Shown here: positions 49,011-60,156 of the stretch, in pieces
Layout: every line of letters starts with the position of its first letter
Numbering within the stretch: the stretch's first letter is position 1
From: Macrostomum lignano
Lineage: Eukaryota
NCBI GenBank assembly: GCA_002269645.1
Contig: NIVC01001471.1
Coordinates: 186,001-250,000 of the forward strand
DNA: 64,000 nt
Reading direction: 5' to 3'
Translations under genes and position numbers: made by a program
The notes under the pieces: model-generated
Seen by the model: the letters and a program-made list of their open reading frames with translations, nothing else
What the model was told of the DNA's origin: nothing
The model's database searches: none

Positions 49011-50336
49011 TTGCCGAATAAATCGGCTACTTTTATAGTCTACGGGCATAGTCTATGGCCTTGTTTTTCTTAACATCGCTCGTGTCGGTTTGTAAGGATG
49101 TATGAATAAACTGAGCAAATGCTCTTGAGCAAATGCTCGCACTCTGAGCTGGAGCATTTTCTCGAGGCTGAGTAAATGCTCTGAGTCCGAACAAATGCAA
49201 AAATTCAGTATGAATAAACAAAAAACTCAGACTCAGAGAAATTGCTCAGCCGCTTGAGCAGCAGTCTGGCTACTTTAGGCTTGAGTTCACTTGAATCTTG
49301 ACCATAGACTAGGACTTCCATGTGAAAAGCAAGGACGACTTAAGTAGAAGGACGGGAAACCTCGTTTCTTAGAAAAGTTTTGAAGGCACTTTTTCCCGAA
49401 AAAATACACTACGGAGATAGAAAGTTTTCATTTTTTCAGCACAGAAATTGTTATTGCGTTTGATAGGAGGCAGATCCAGTGTTCATATTTTGATATGTTG
49501 TGCCTTTTTTATTGCTCTATCGATATTTATAAAGCTTTTCGTTCAGGAAATTAGGATTCTATGTTAATTTTTTATTCTTCGTATATTTTCGCGTGTCTTG
49601 TGCTTGAAATACATTAGAATGCCACGGCTCGGCTCTTTAGCTTCATGAGTCTTTTTTATCATTCTTACCCAACTGTGTAGCAAATATTTGTAACAGAGAT
49701 GATAAAATAGGTTCATAAAACCAAATATTAGAGCTGTGTCATGCATTTTTGTGATTTTTAGATACAGGAAATATACGAAGAATAAAAAATTAACATCTAA
49801 TATACTAAAAATGAAATGCTTGGTTGCTTGCTTGTAATTGATTTTCTCCCGAACGGCTCAACCGATTTTCTTCAAACTTGCACCATTCGATCAGAAATTT
49901 TCCCGGGACGGTACATGCATATTGGCTAAGAAATTGCTCAATGTTAAAGGGATTAAATATTCGAAAAACATGATTTTTTGCAAAGGTCAAGCAGCTCTTT
50001 CGACCTGAAATGCATTGTAAGAATGCTAGAGAAAAATCTGACTGGTTGAATTCTGATTCTGAAATAGATTGCATCACAATACACTTTATTTATCGTCTGT
50101 GTACTGGCTGAATTTGACACTCAATTGAATTGCGTCACAGCTTTGAGGGTGAAAGTATAGTGCAGTACTGAATTTATATTACGTAACCATATTGTTAACT
50201 TTCATAGACACTGGTACTGACTTGCCTAAGAAATTGATTATGTCATAACTGCTTCGCGTGACTTTTTACTCTACCTGACTTGGTGTGAGTGTTGAATTAA
50301 TTATATAAGTGGTACAAATTCACTGATAACTTCGAT

Positions 50337-50396
50337 GAGAGCTAGCCTAGAGCTGAGCAGACCAGACTGCTAATGCAGCGACCTGGGTTCGAATCT
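50337..50396 (+). other. tRNA-derived Pol III promoter-like head within the Helitron family (other copies at 52583-52645, 55494-55555 and 63699-63760 minus)
   Basis: TAGCCTAGAG A-box-like motif, GACTGCTAAT, GGTTCGAAT B-box, downstream T-run; no full cloverleaf. Confidence 0.6.
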
Positions 50397-50469
50397 AAGT
50401 AGTTTAAAAGTAGTAGTGTAAAATTTTTTATTAAAAGCTTTTATTAAAGGACTAAATAAAAACACTTAG

Positions 50470-52300
50470 ATTACTGCACTCGATAAGCTAAGGATTATTG
50501 CTCTTGGCAAACCAAGGAATACTGCACTCGATAAGCCAAGGATTATTGCTCTTGGCAAACCAAGGATTACTGCACTCGATAAGCCATGGATTATTGCTAT
50601 TAATAAACCAAGGATTATGCACTTGGCAAACCAAGGATTACTGCAATCGATAAGCCAAGGATTATTGCTATTAATAAACCAAGCATTACTGCACTCAATA
50701 AACCAAGGACTATTGCTATTAATAAACCAAGGATTACTGCACTAAAAAAACCAAGGACTATTGCTCTTGGCAAACCAAGGATTACTGCACTCGATAAGCC
50801 AAGGATTATTGCTATTAATAAACCAAGGATTACTGCACTCGATAAGCCAAGGATTATTGCTATTAATAAACCAAGGATTAATGCACTCGATAAACCAAGG
50901 ATTATTGCTATTAATAAACCAAGGATTACTGCACTCGATAAGCCAAGGATTATTGCTATTAATAAACCAAGGATTATGCACTTGGCAAACCAAGGATTAC
51001 TGCACTCGATAAGCCAAGGATTATTGCTATTAATAAACCAAGGATTACTGCACTCAATAAACCAAGGACTATTGCTATTAATAAACCAAGGATTACTGCA
51101 CTCAATAAACCAAGGACTATTGCTCTTGGCAAACCAAGGATTACTGCACTCGATAAGCCAAGGACTATTGCTCTTGGCAAACCAAGGATTACTGCACTCG
51201 ATAAGCCATGGATTATTGCTATTAATAAACCAAGGATTACTGCACTCGATAAGCCAAGGATTATTGCTATTAATAAACCAAGGATTACTGCACTCGATAA
51301 ACCAAGGATTATGCACTTGGCAAACCAAGGATTACTGCACTCGATAAGCCAAGGATTATTGCTATTAATAAACCAAGGATTACTGCACTCAATAAACCAA
51401 GGACTATTGCTATTAATAAACCAAGGATTACTGCACTCAATAAACCAAGGACTATTGCTCTTGGCAAACCAAGGATTACTGCACTCGATAAGCCATGGAT
51501 TATTGCTATTAATAAACCAAGGATTACTGCACTCGATAAGCCAAGGATTATTGCTATTAATAAACCAAGGATTACTGCACTCGATAAGCCATGGATTATT
51601 GCTATTAATAAACCAAGGATTACTGCACTCGATAAGCCAAGGATTATTGCTATTAATAAACCAAGGATTAATGCACTCGATAAACCAAGGATTATTGCTA
51701 TTAATAAACCAAGGATTACTGCACTCGATAAGCCAAGGATTATTGCTATTAATAAACCAAGGATTATGCACTTGGCAAACCAAGGATTACTGCACTCGAT
51801 AAGCCAAGGATTATTGCTATTAATAAACCAAGGATTACTGCACTCAATAAACCAAGGACTATTGCTATTAATAAACCAAGGATTACTGCACTCAATAAAC
51901 CAAGGACTATTGCTCTTGGCAAACCAAGGATTACTGCACTCGATAAGCCAAGGACTATTGCTCTTGGCAAACCAAGGATTACTGCACTCGATAAGCCATG
52001 GATTATTGCTATTAATAAACCAAGGATTACTGCACTCGATAAGCCAAGGATTATTGCTCTTGGCAAACCAAGGATTACTGCACTCGATAAGCCATGGATT
52101 ATTGCTATTAATAAACCAAGGATTACTGCACTCGATAAGCCAATGATTATTGCTATTAATAAACCATGAATTACTGCACTCGATAAGCCAAGGATTATTG
52201 CTATTAATAAACCAAGGATTACTGCACTCGATAAGCCATGGATTATTGCTATTAATAAACCAAGGATTACTGCACTCGATAGCCAAGGATTACTGCGCTT
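50470..52300. repeat. 24-bp-monomer satellite with variant types and higher-order structure
   Basis: Monomers CCAAGGATTACTGCACTCGATAAG, CCAAGGATTATTGCTATTAATAAA, CCAAGGA(C/T)TATTGCTCTTGGCAAA and a 23-bp variant. Confidence 0.95.
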
Positions 52301-52319
52301 GATAAGCTTGGCTACATGT

Positions 52320-52545
52320 ATAGGATTATTTCTATCCAGGGATGCTTGCTATTTAGGGATTCTTGCTATGTGCAGGATGCTTGCTATCTGGAAGGATGCT
52401 TCTACATTATTTGGGGTATGCTTGCTATCTGCAAGATGCTTGCTAACTGCAAGATGCTTGCTATCTGCAGATGCTTGCTATCTGGGTGGATGCTTGCTAG
52501 GAGTATTAGGGGATGCTTGCTACTGGGGGGATGCTTGCTGTCTTG
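52320..52545. repeat. Degenerate GATGCTTGCTA-core repeat
   Basis: Direct reading. Confidence 0.75.
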
Positions 52546-52699
52546 GGAATATTTTCTATTTAGGGGTAATGACTAAAATTCATGAGAGCTAGCCTAGAGG
52601 TAAACAGACTAAACTGCTAAATGCAGGGACGATGGTTCGAATTTTTAGAGAGTAGAGTTTTTTTAATTAAAGCCTTTTAACGCCAAGACAAAAAAAATT

Positions 52700-53470
52700 A
52701 TGGAAGCGTCATGTAAACAATCATACAAGCGTCATGTAAACAATCATAGAAGCGTCATGTAAACAATCATAGAAGCGTCATGTAAAAATCATAGAAGCGT
52801 CATGTAAAAATCATAGAAGCGTAATGTAAACAATCATAGAAGCGTCATGTTAAAATCATAAAAGCGTCATGTAAACAATCATACAAGCGTCATGTAAACA
52901 ATCATAGAAGCGTCATGTAAAAAAATCATAGAAGCGTCATGTTAAAATCATAAAAGCGTCATAAAAAATCATAGAAGCGTCATGCAAGCAATCATAGAAG
53001 CGTAATGTAAACAATCATAGAAGCGTCATGTTAAAATCATACAAGCGTCATGTAAACAATCATACAAGCGTCATGTAAACAATCATAGAAGCGTCATGTA
53101 AAAAAATCATAGAAGCGTCATGTTAAAATCATAGAAGCGTCATGTAAACAATCATAGAAGCGTCATGTAAACAATCATAGAAGCGTCATGTAAAAATCAT
53201 AGAAGCGTCATGTAAAAATCATAGAAGCGTCATGTAAAAATCATAGAAGCGTCATGTAAAAATCATAGAAGCGTCATGTAAAAAATCATAGAAGCGTCAT
53301 GTAAACAATCATACAAGCGTCATGTAAACAATCATAGAAGCGTCATGTAAAAATCATACAAGCGTCATGTAAACAAGCATAGAAGCGTCATGAAAAAATT
53401 ATAGAAGCCTCATATAAAAACTAATGAAAGTGTGTCATTTAAAAAATTAAGAAGCATCATGGAAGAATAA
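52700..53470. repeat. ~23-bp satellite (AGAAGCGTCATGTAAACAATCAT), array 1
   Basis: Direct reading; A-run length varies. Confidence 0.95.
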
Positions 53471-54359
53471 AAGAAGCGTAACGTAAAAATCAAAAGAAGC
53501 GTCATGTCAGACATGAAAGAAATGTCATATAAAAATTAAATGAAGCTATAGTACAGTGCTGTGCTGGGGAGAATTACTGAGACGTCAAGGCTCACAGAGA
53601 ATAACTGAGATTACAGGGGGGTTTCTGAGATGTTAAAGCAAAAGTCAGAAGCTACTTCAAAGTACATGTACTTTACTTAAGTTTTTTATTGCATTCTTTG
53701 TTGGCTTGCCACGGTGGGGGGGGGCGCTGATAGAAGAAGAGTCATGTAAAAATAAAAGGAGCACTATGTATACATAAAATAAAAGTCATGTCAAAGTTAA
53801 AAGATTCATTTGGGAATTGCTACGATGTCAAAGCTTGGAGGGAATCGTTATAGTGCTGTGATTCTTAAAGAAGGAATCACTTAAATGCCAAGGCTTAGGG
53901 AAGAAGAATTGCTGTGATTTCAAGGCTTTAGGTTGGGTGAAAGTTAGGTTTACGTCAGGTTTGGGTTGAGGGTTAGATTTTAGCGCGTTTCAAGGTTAAC
54001 AGGGGATTTTTTAGATTTCAAGGTTTATGGGGGCATCGCTGACATGTCAAGGCTTACGAGGGGAATCTATCTATCTATCTATAGCTGAGATGTCAAGGCT
54101 CACGGGGGAATAAATGAGATGTCAAGGCTAATGTCAGAAGCTACATGTAGTTTATTGGAAAAAAGTTATTACATTATTTGTTGGCTCCTCACGGGAGGGA
54201 TCGCTGATAGAAAAAGCGTAATGTAAAAAAAAAGAAGCTTCATGTCAAAGTTAAGAGATTCATTTGGGAATCCCTACGATGTCGAGGCTTGCAGGGAATC
54301 GCTATAATGCTGTAGTAGTGCTATAGACTCTTAGAGAGAATTACTGAAATTTCAATGCT

Positions 54360-54393
54360 TTAGGGTTAGGGTTAGGGTTAGGGTTAGGGTTAG
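54360..54393 (+). repeat. Interstitial (TTAGGG)5 tract; longer imperfect copy at 58096-58157
   Basis: Direct reading; lies in duplicated Helitron cargo. Confidence 0.9.
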
Positions 54394-54975
54394 AAAATAG
54401 ACAGATTTTTTAAGATTTCAAGGCTTGTGGGAGCATTGCTGAGATGTCAAGGGGGAGTTGATATGTTAAGGCTTGTGGGGTGGGATTGCTGACATGTCAA
54501 GGCTTACAAGGGTACTGGTAGCGTACTGAAGCATACTGGTAGAAGTAGCTCTGAAAGAAGGCAAGTATGGTTGAATTTCAATGTCTGTTATAAAATTCTG
54601 CACAAACATGTTTTATTGGTACATAAGCCTGGAATTAAAATGAGAATTCGATTCCTAGCCCCCCTCCCTAAGAATTTTTTTTCATTTAAAAGGATTCGTC
54701 CCTTGCTTATTGGCCACCCCGAAGGCCATTTTTTATCAAAAATGATAAAAATAATTTTTATCAAACACGTTGACATATACAGGGCCCTAAACTAAAAAAC
54801 TGTAAAAAGTTGATAGTTTTGTTTTACCTAAAATGCGTTATTAACGATCTCCAAAAATTCCTATTTTAAGCTTAAGCTTAAGAAAGACACTTAAAGTACT
54901 CCTGCTAAAAGGTATATTATATTAGACGAATATTAATTATTTCTGCTCCCCGAAGGGGGGCAAAACTTTAGCTAG

Positions 54976-55004
54976 TCCTATATACTAAAAATGGTCTGTC
55001 TGTG

Positions 55005-55037
<33 letters not shown>

Positions 55038-58000
55038 GTGATCGATTAGAGAAAAAATGGCTGGACCGATTTTGTTCAAACTTGCACTGTTCGATCAGAA
55101 ATTTTCCTGGGACGGTACATGCATCGTGGCTAAGAAATTGCTCGATGCTAAAGGCATTAAATATTCGAAAAACATGCTTTTTTGCAAAGGTCAAGCAAAC
55201 TTTTCGACTTGAAATGCATTGTAAGAATGCTAGAGAAAAAACTGACTGGTTGAATTCTGGTTCTGAAATAGATTGCATCATCACTGAATTGTAACTCCGA
55301 CTTGAATTGAAAATGCAGTGTGGAAGCGTAGCACCAGACTTGATTTAAATTGCGTAACCATATTGTTAACTGATACTGACTGACTGAGAAACTGATTATG
55401 TCATAACTGCTTCGTGTGATTTACTCTATGCTTGGATTTTAAACTGTTGAATTATATATATATATAAGTGCAAAATTTGATGTTATCAAAAAGATGAGAA
55501 CTAGCCTAGAGGTGAACAGACTGAACTGCTAAATGCAGCGACGATGGTTCGAATTTTCATAGAGTATAATTTTTTTAATTAAAGCTTTTCAACGTCAGGA
55601 AAACTAAAATACTTTTTAAAAAGAAGCGTCATGTAAAAATCATAGTAGCGTCATGTAAAAAATCGTAGAAGCGTCATATAAAAAATTATAGAAGCGTCAT
55701 ATAAAAATCATAGATGCGTCATTTAAAAAATCATAGAAGCATCATATAAAAATCATAGATGCGTCATTTAAAAAACCATAGAAGCATCATGTAAACAATC
55801 ATAGAAGCGTCATTTAAAAAATCATAGAAGCATCATATAAAAATCATAGATGCGTCATTTAAAAAATCATAGAAGCATCATGTAAACAATCATAGAAGCG
55901 TCATTTAAAAAAATCATAGAAGCGTCATATAAAAATCATAGATGCGTCATTTAAAAAATCATGGAAGCGTCATGTAAACAATCATAGAAGCGTCATGTGA
56001 AAATCATAGAAGCGTCACGTAAAGAATCATAGAAGCGTCATGTAAACAATCATAGAAGCGTCATGTAAACAATCATAGAAGCGTCATGTAAAAAATCATA
56101 GAAGCGTCATGTAAACAATTATAGAAGCGTCATGTAAAAAAATCATAGAAGCGTCATGTAAACAACCATAGAAGCGTCATGTAAACAATCATAGAAGCGT
56201 CATGTAAACAATCATAGAAGCGTCATGTAAAAAATCGTAGAAGCGTCATTTAAAAAATCATAGAAGCGTCATGCAAAAATCATAGATGCGTCATTTAAAA
56301 AATCATGGAAGCGTCATGTAAACAATCATAGAAGCGTCATGTAAAAAATCATAGAAGCGTCATATAAAAATCATAGATGCATCATTTAAAAAAATCATAG
56401 AAGCGTCATATAAAAAATCATAGAAGCGTCATGTAAAAATCATAGAAGCGTCATGTAAACAACCATAGAAGCGTCATGTAAACAATCATAGAAGCGTCAT
56501 GTAAACAATCATAGAAGCGTCATGTAAGCAATCATAGAAGCGTCATGTAAACAATCATAGAAGCGTCATGTAAACAATCATAGAAGCGTCATGTAAGCAA
56601 TCATAAAAGCATCATGTAAACAATCATAGAAGCGTCATGTAAACAATCACAGAAGCGTCATGAAAAAATCATAGAAGCGTCATGTAAACAATCATAGAAG
56701 CGTCATGTAAACAATCATAGAAGCATCATGTAAAAAAATCATAGTAGCGTCATGTAAACAATCATAGAAGCGTCATGTAAAAATCATAGAAGCGTAATGT
56801 AAAAAAATCATAGATGCGTCATTTAAAAAATCATAGAAGCATCATGTAAACAATCATAGAAGCGTCATTTAAAAAAATCATAGAAGCGTCATATAAAAAT
56901 CATAGATGCGTCATTTAAAAAATCATAGAAGCGTCATGTGAAAATCATAAAAGCGTCACGTAAAGAATCATAGAAGCGTCATGTAAACAATCATAGAAGC
57001 GTCATGTAAACAATCATAGAAGCGTCATGTAAACAATCATAGAAGCGTCATGTAAAAAATCATAGAAGCGTCATGTAAACAATCATAGAAGCGTCATGTA
57101 AACAATCATAGAAGCGTCATTTAAAAAATCATAGAAGCGTCATGTAAACAATCATAGAAGCGTCATGTAAAAAATCATAGAAGCGTCATGTAAAAAATCA
57201 TAGAAGCGTCATGTAAAAATCGTAGAAGCGTCATTTAAAAATCATAGAAAATCATAAGAATCAAAAATTAAATGCAGCTATAATGCTGTGCTGGGGAGAA
57301 AAACTGAGACGTAAAGGCTCTCAGAGAATAACTGCTGAGATTACGGGGGGGGGTTTCTGAGATGTCAAAGCAAAAGTCAGAAGCTACTTCAAAGTTCATG
57401 TACTTTACTCAATTTTTTTATTGCATTCTTTGTTGGCTCGCCACGGGAGGCGCTTATAGAAGAAGAGTCATGTAAAAAATAAAAGTAGCTCTACGAGCGT
57501 ATGTACGAGCTATACATAAAAGAAAAGTCATGTTCAAGTTAAAAGATTCATTTGGGAATTGCTACGATGTCAAAGCTTGGTGGAAATCGTTATAGTGCTG
57601 TGATTCTTAAAGAAGGAATCACTAAAATGTCAAGGCTTAGGGGAGAAGAATTGCTGAGATTTCAAGGCTTTAGGTTGGGTTAAAGTTAGGTTTAGGTCAG
57701 GTGTGGGTTGAGGGTTATATTTTATCGGGTTTCAAGGTTAACAGAATAACAGGGGATTTTTTAGATTTCAAGGTTTATGGAGGCCATCGCTGACATGTTA
57801 AGGCTTACGGGGGGAATAGCTGAGATGTCAAGGCTCACGGGGTATAAATGAGATTTCAAGGCTAAAGTCAGAAGCTACATGTAGTTTATTGAAAACTTTT
57901 TATTACATTATTTGATGCCTCCTCAGGGGAGGGATCGCTGATAAAAAAAGCGTAATGTAAAAAATAAAAGAAGCTTCATGTCGAAGTTAAGAGATTCATT

Positions 58001-58383
58001 TGGGAATCCCTACGATGTCGAGGCTTGCAGGAAATCGCTATAATGCTGTAGTAGTGCTATAGTGACTCTTAGAGAGAATTACTGAAATTTCAATGTTAGG
58101 TTAGGGTTAGGGTTAGGGTTAGGGCTAGGGTTAGGGTTAGGGTTAGGCTAGGGTTAGAAGGTTGACAGATATTTTTAGATTTCCAAGGCTTATTGGGGGC
58201 ATTGCTGAGATGTCAAGGGGGGAAGTTGATATGTCAAAGCTTGTGGGGGGGGGGAATTACTGACATGTCAAGGCTTACAAGGTTTGACAGGAGATTTTTT
58301 AAGATTTCAAGGATACATGTAGCTTATTAAAAAAACGTGTATTGCATTTCTTTGGCTCCCCAACGGGGGGCGTAGATTGCTAG
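54976..58383 (+). mobile_element. Non-autonomous Helitron 2, head-to-tail with Helitron 1
   Basis: TCCTATATACTAAAAATGGTCTGTCTG start; hairpin CCCCAACGGGG and CTAG|T at 58380-58384. Confidence 0.82.
55622..57260. repeat. ~23-bp satellite (AGAAGCGTCATGTAAACAATCAT), array 2
   Basis: Same unit as 52700-53470, about 70 copies. Confidence 0.95.
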
Positions 58384-59138
58384 TAGAATCCTAATTTTCT
58401 GAACGAAAAGCTTTATAAATATCGATAGAGCAATAAAAAAGGCACAACATATCAAAATATGAACACTGGATCTGCCTCCTATCAAACGCAATAACAATTT
58501 TTGTGCTGAAAAATGAAAACTTCCTATCTCCGTAGTGTATTTTTTCGGGAAAAAGTGCCTTCAAAACTTTTCTAAGAAACGAGGTTTCCCGTCCTTCTAC
58601 TTAAGTCGTCCTTGGTGAAAAGAAGAGCCTGATTAAAGAAATAGCAAGAGATTTTTATATACAAGAGAAAAAATTGAAACACAGTGGCTTTTACCGGCTG
58701 AGTCAGCTGCCTCAACGTTTTTTGAGCAAATGCTCCGCTCTTTTGTCTATGGAGCAATTGCTCTGCAGCCGAGAACTTACTCATGAATCTGAGAAAATAC
58801 TCTGGAGTATTTACTCTTGAGTATTTGCTCCTGAGTAAGAGCTCAGCTTATGCTTACTGACCTGAGCATTTGCTTGAGTTTGAGCATTTGCTCAGTTTAT
58901 TCATATGGCCTCATGTGCAGTCTTGTTTCGTTTGACTAATATTTGATTTCGCTTGTCAAAAGCGACATTAGTATAGGTTTTTTCGTGCTATGGGAGACTT
59001 CCTTCAAGCAATCTGAGACCAGAATGTGGAAATACATACGCATGTATAGGTCGAAACCATAGGGTCAATGGAAAATTGAGAATTTAAGCCAAGCAGAGTA
59101 AGACCTTTTTAAACAAAGTGTCCATAAACTCATTTCTC

Positions 59139-59900
59139 ATGACAAATCAGTTGCGCCTAACTACCAATGAAGACAGTGAATCCCTGGTTCAAGCGGTGAA
59201 GGAAGGCGCCATAATATCCGTGGCTGCCAGAATCGTTAGAATGAATGAAAAGACTGCTTACAGGATATGGAAAAGATCAGTGAGTCTGGCCGCATACATT
59301 CAATAATTCGTGGCGGAAAGAAGGTGGTTCATGCAAGGTGAACGCGGAGATGCGACAGGCAATCGGTCATTTTGGAGCGAAATCCGTACTTCAGTAAGGT
59401 GTGCAAGGAAGGCTGGCTACAGAGCCGCCTCAAAAGCCGGTAATCTCTGAACCAACAATAGCACGGACGTTGAACTCCATACGAATTACGCAGGAAATCG
59501 CTACCAAGCATGCTGACGTAAGGCTTGCTGCGAATGCCCATTGAATGCAAAGCCAGACGCGACTATGCTCTGATGATGATATTTCAAGTGGCATTGCCCA
59601 TGAATGGCACTGGTACTCATTGACGAGACCGACTACAACCTACGGTCAAGAAGGATGTAGGCTTGAGCGAGGGAATGTGGTGACGGAGAGAGGTCCCAAC
59701 ATTACTGTGCGCCTAGCTGCTTTTTATCTGAGTGAAGCCTGAAGCCTGGTTCATTGCACGATGCAGCAAGGTGGCCACACGCGAAAAAGATTTCAGGGAT
59801 TCGTGGTGAAGGTTTCTGAGATTCTGTGAGTTCCCTCTTGACAGACAGGCCATACTCGCCACTTCTCAATCCCGTAGAAATTGTGTACAGTGCGTTGAAT
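59139..59900 (+). mobile_element. Tc1/IS630-like DDE transposase pseudogene
   Basis: HTH (..KTAYRIWK), LIDETDYNL, RGPNITV and PYSPLLNPVE motifs across several frames. Confidence 0.75.
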
Positions 59901-60156
59901 TGTGGAGCCACATATTGTCAGAAGAGAACGGTTTGCTCAGCGCATCAAAGTGTAGCCATTTGTATGACCCATTTTTCTTAAATCCTCTCACCGTGTTGTC
60001 TGCTGCTATACTCGTAAAAAAATTTGACTTGATATTTATTCCTTATTATCTCGCCTCCGCAGATAGGTCTGAATTGTGCGAAACAGAAAAAAAATTATTT
60101 CATATTGGATTAGGCTGCTAACAGAGGTACAGAGTTAGTAAATGAGGCTTACAGCA

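Larger units (their letters stand above)
49796..54975 (+). mobile_element. Non-autonomous Helitron 1 carrying satellites
   Basis: A|TC start with TCTAATATACTAAAAATG..ACCGATTTTCTTCAAACTT; 3' hairpin CCCCGAAGGGG followed by CTAG at 54972-54975. Confidence 0.8.
49330..58614. mobile_element. P-element-like non-autonomous TIR element (~700 bp when empty, ~265-bp TIRs, 8-bp TSD GTGAAAAG)
   Basis: TSD at 49322-49329 and 58615-58622; ends CAAGG..CCTTG; 49330-49560 is the reverse complement of 58384-58614. Confidence 0.85.
49096..58910. mobile_element. Harbinger/Tourist-like MITE (outer shell), interrupted by nested insertions
   Basis: TATGAATAAACTGAGCAAATGCTC near the left end and its reverse complement at 58882-58905; right end ..TATGGCC; flanks TAA and TCA. 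Confidence 0.6.

Noticed and set aside
50337-50396. Functional tRNA-Ser gene
   Set aside because: It has a B-box and GACTGCTAAT but no pairing acceptor stem or long variable arm, and the four copies are diverged and embedded in a repeat.
50470-52300. CRISPR-like or protein-coding reading of the 24-bp array (long ORFs on both strands)
   Set aside because: A few tails recur many times; the ORFs stay open only because the monomer is a multiple of 3 and lacks stops.
54360-58157. True telomere or chromosome-fusion site
   Set aside because: The tracts are under 65 bp, on one strand only, and lie at equivalent positions in duplicated mobile cargo.
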